Shown here: piece after piece, positions 60,241-64,000 of the stretch
Layout: every line of letters starts with the position of its first letter
Position numbering within the stretch: position 1 is the stretch's first letter
Assembly (NCBI GenBank): GCA_964270895.1
Contig: OZ185439.1
DNA: 64,000 nucleotides
Reading direction: 5' to 3' (one strand)
Source: Podarcis filfolensis
Lineage: Eukaryota
Notes under the pieces: generated by a model
Told to the model about the DNA's origin: nothing
Database searches by the model: none
The model's input: only the letters and a program-made list of their open reading frames with translations
Made by a program: the position numbers and the translations under genes

Positions 60241-62154
60241 TGGCAGTTCCACAGTTCTGCCAACAAAGCCAATTGTTCGTTTGGATGTGCATAGTACTAT
60301 CTATGCACTGTTTCAATGAGTTTTCTCTAATACTTGCCAGAACGAAAGAAAATGTTTAAGTAGACCATATGTTGTTCCAGAAGTCCTTCTCAAATTCCTC
60401 ATTCAAATCTGCCCCCCAAACAACACTTAACTAGCAAAAGAGGCAACATCACATTCAACAATATAATCAGTATAGGAGAAACTATCCCCCTATGCACTAG
60501 GGCATATAGGAATATATGTCTGGCAATAAATACCAATTGCATGTCTTTGTGTGGCACTGCCATGTTTTCTGAAGTCTTTCATTACTTTAGCTAACGTTTC
60601 ATATTCTGTGCCTCAAAATATCTGCTGCAGAATCAAACAGAGCTGCCTTTCTCTTGCCCTTTGCAGGACCATCTGTCCTGTGTACAATGGCACTTTGAGC
60701 TTTATTGGCAGCACAACACCAAGCCCTGCAAATAAACACCAACATTTGGGCATATTGGGGACGACTGGGAATTTATGGTGCAATTATTCTGAAGCTAAAT
60801 ACTCCCCCTTTTTTTATTTATTTAACAGTTCATAGGGTGTGCCTTTTAACTTTACTTCACATAATGCCGCACACAAATTCCGTGTACACAAATTCACGGA
60901 AGTTTATTAGCAGGAGTTTCAATTTATAGCACTAACAATAAGCATTAAGGTCTTGGTGTACAGTAATGAACTATTTATCAGAGCAAGTGCAATGTGGTCC
61001 ACTTTAATAAGCTTACTATATTCTGAAATTTAAGAACCTTGGTACACTGTGCAACCATTTGGATTCTGTGCAGCAGCAGTAACAAGATTTGCTTTGTCTT
61101 ACTTTCCCTACTGCATTCCCTACTGTGTCCTCTGCATTTTTTTGGTGCTAAGCACTGGAAAAGAGAAACCACAAAAAAAAGAATATTTTCTATCAGTATG
61201 CTTCATTGTATTTTGTAAAAGAAAGCTTTTCAGAAGTATCATTTGTGCCTCCTGACACATACCTGTAGTCTCTGAAGTGGAAAGAGTGTAGTTGTACTGC
61301 AATTTCATCTGAAAGCTGGCCATTTTTATTTATTATTAATTTTTTTTAGTTGCTCTTGCCAGGAGCAAACATCACCTTTGTATTTGGTGCTGGCCCTGGA
61401 CAAAATCTAGATGGAACATACTGTAAACTGTACAAAACACCAAGGCAAAAATATTATGTCTTCTTCATCTATATGATATTGAATCCTATTGTAAAAGATG
61501 CCACCTTGCTTTATGTATTTAACTTTCAAGTCAGGCATTTCAATGTTGAATATAGCAAAGCCCTAGGCTTCTTACAGAGTACAGATAAGATTATAAAAGC
61601 CGGTGGCTGTTTTCATTCAGGAGGGTGTCATAAACTTTGAAGGAAGTATATAATCTATTACAGAATACACATAAAATGATAAAAGTCAGATGTAATCCAT
61701 TACAAAATACTGATAAGGATTATAAAAGCCAGCTGTGTGGGTGTTTAGGAGGATGTTAAAGACTTTGAAGGAAGGACGTAATCGATTACATAATACAGAA
61801 GACAGATAACACTATCAAAGCCAGGTGTAATCTATTAAATAAAGTCCTAGAGCTGTACTAGCACCTCTAGCCACTATTGATGCTATATTCTGACCTTCTG
61901 TGATGAAAAGAAGGTCTGTAGTAGAGACAGATAAGATTTGTGATGGCAGGATAGCTAGTCGTCCTTTTTAAAATGAAGGTTTTGGAGTTTTTGACAGCGA
62001 TGGTCACTGTAGCTAGACTAGTCATACCAATAAATTTGAAATGTAGGGGATATAATGTAGATGACAAAACCTACTTATTATAAAAGAGATATTGAAGAAT
62101 GTGTACCAGATTTATTGAAACATGGAGTCTGTTTGTCATTGAATTCTAGTAACG

Positions 62155-62475
62155 TAAAGGTAAAGGGACCCCTGACCATTAGGTCCAGTCGTGACCGACT
62201 CTGGGGTTGCGGTGCTCATCTCGCTTTATTGGCCGAGGGAGCTGGCATACAGCTTCTGGGTCATGTGGCCAGCATGACTAAGCCGCTTCTGGCGAACCAG
62301 AGCAGCACACGGAAACGCCGTTTACCTTCCCGCCGGAGTGGTACCTATTTATCTACTTGCACTTTGACATGCTTTCGAACTGCTAGGTTGGCAGGAGCAG
62401 GGACCGAGCAACGGGACCTTCTGATCGGCAAGTCCTAGGCTCTGTGGTTTAACCCACAGCACCACTCGCGTCCCT
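62155..62475 (+). mobile_element. Sauria SINE (lacertid-type)
   Basis: aaaggtaaagggacccctgacc...gggtcatgtggccagcatgac...cgccgtttaccttcccgcc...acctatttatctacttgc...cgcgtccct. Confidence 0.92.
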
Positions 62476-63798
62476 ACTTTCCAATAGTTATCTATATCAT
62501 TTTCACACATAATTTGACATCCTGCTTAATATATAACAGGAACCAAGCCCAACTAATAACTGTATACAGTACTCTTTAAGCCATTATTGTCTTTTTGAAT
62601 ATGAATACATAATATAGAAATAGATAGATGAAAAAATTGATTTCTTTTGTAATTATCATTTCTTGCATTTAAAAAAGACAGGTGCATGCTAATGTACTGA
62701 GGAAAAAGAAAAAGAGCCACAAAAAAGTTTTTAACAAGAGGATTGTGGAAAGGATAGGAATGTGGAATATGTGGTCTCAATGTTGCTGAAAGTCTGGATA
62801 TTTCTCTTCAGCAAATTCACAGTAAGAGAATGGGAATTAACAGAAAAATGAGAATTATATTAAGCCTTCTGTAATACCTTTAATATTTTTATAAAGATTT
62901 TTCAATCTTTCTACACTAGAACTGGCACAAAGTATTCATGATGTAAAATTTGCATATATAAAATAAAATAAACATTAGTTTTTCCTGCTGAACACACATG
63001 TGAATTTCATTTGAACAACTAATGTTATTCCAAGTCTACGCCCTTAAAATTTCTTTCAAGTTCCAGGAACTCATACATTCTCTGCTATGACTTTGGCAAT
63101 AACAGAAGCAAACCTGAGCATCCTTTCTCTTCCACTTACCTTGTATTCTTCAATACATATATTCTACTAACTCATTCTGTCAACGCAAGGATTACAGCTA
63201 GCTTTCTCCCTTTTTTTATTCCTGCATGCACTCTGAGCTTTCCTCTAATCTGTGTCAGAGGTTGGGGAATCCCTGAAATAGATTAAGGGGGCACATGGAG
63301 GAGGATGGAGGGAAAGTCCAAATGCCTTAGCAGTAATCCTTGTGCTGATCAGACCTTGATCTATTGCTACATTGGATACAACTCATACATATTCATTCAC
63401 GGCAAGAGAGCAGCACATAGGCCACCTTGTTTTCTGAATAAGTTGATGATTCCATACATTCTGAAGTGTAACCCAATTTCATTGTATTCACTGGACCTTC
63501 TATTGTACTGTTTTCAATCCCTCCTCCAACCATGTGGGTGGGTGGGGGTGTCTGTGTATCTGTGTGTGCTGGTATGTGTGTGTATACCTGCAACTCAGGC
63601 TAACATTTCATGTATCTGATGAACTGGGCCAAAGTCCTAGAGGTTTGTACCATAATAAATTTGGACTATAAGCTGCCAAAAGATTCTTTGTTGGGTTTGC
63701 TGCAACACTGTAATTGAACCATACAGTGAATCTCCCCCACCCTTAATCATCCAGATACTGTCGTGTATATAATAACTGTATATTTTAAATTGGAGTAT

Positions 63799-64000
63799 AA
63801 GGTAAAGGTAAAGAGACCCCTGACACTTAAGTCCAGTCGTGGACGACTCTGGTGTTGCAGAGCTCATCTCGCTCTATAGGCCGAGGGAGCTGGCGTTTGT
63901 CCGCAGACAGCTTCCGGGTCATATGGCCAGCATGACTAAGCCACTTCTGGTGAACCAGAGCAGCGCATGGAAATGCCGTTTACCTTCCCGCCGGAGTGGT
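63799..64000 (+). mobile_element. Sauria SINE, cut by window end
   Basis: Same head and body as 62155. Confidence 0.9.

Noticed and set aside
61350-61640. 96-aa plus-strand ORF after a good-looking acceptor
   Set aside because: No CUB, ZP or other recognisable motif and no linked exons.
62500-63620. AT-rich segment with faint L1 ORF2 3'-like wording on the minus strand
   Set aside because: Too decayed to set boundaries or family by eye.
57000-64000. Expected 3' end of CUZD1 on the minus strand
   Set aside because: No TM or ZP-like exon found by eye; it may lie outside the window.

Overview
Vertebrate genomic DNA from a squamate, probably a lacertid lizard (inferred from Sauria-type and Squam3-type SINEs). 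It holds two tandem plus-strand genes of the DMBT1/CUZD1 (CUB + zona pellucida) family, both assembled here by reading splice sites and phases by eye. Gene 1 (761-7669, 5' part outside the window) is the 3' end of a DMBT1-like gene: CUB, ZP module, furin site RSKR, transmembrane helix, tail ending YEIM. Gene 2 (13215-56613) appears complete: 38 proposed coding exons summing to 2946 nt (981 aa + stop, frame closes). Its order is signal peptide, CUB1, PTS linker, CUB2, long PTS linker, CUB3, PTS linker, ZP, furin site RRKR, TM, tail with YHQI. No SRCR exon was found. Its CUB domains look spermadhesin-like. Its Pro/Thr/Ser stalk is built from 27 symmetric phase 1-1 micro-exons (15-81 nt) that are being multiplied by nested intron-containing duplications (26-48 kb). 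These include a near-identical 3755-bp tandem duplication, three broken CUB-exon copies and SINE/LINE-marked breakpoints. The rest is typical squamate repeat content (L2, CR1, L1, RTE-like fragments, hAT and Tc1/mariner MITEs, SINEs, microsatellites), plus a 1.1-kb ORF-less L1-type insertion with an 18-bp TSD. No database searches or alignments were run; family names rest on recalled motifs and exon usage is unverified.
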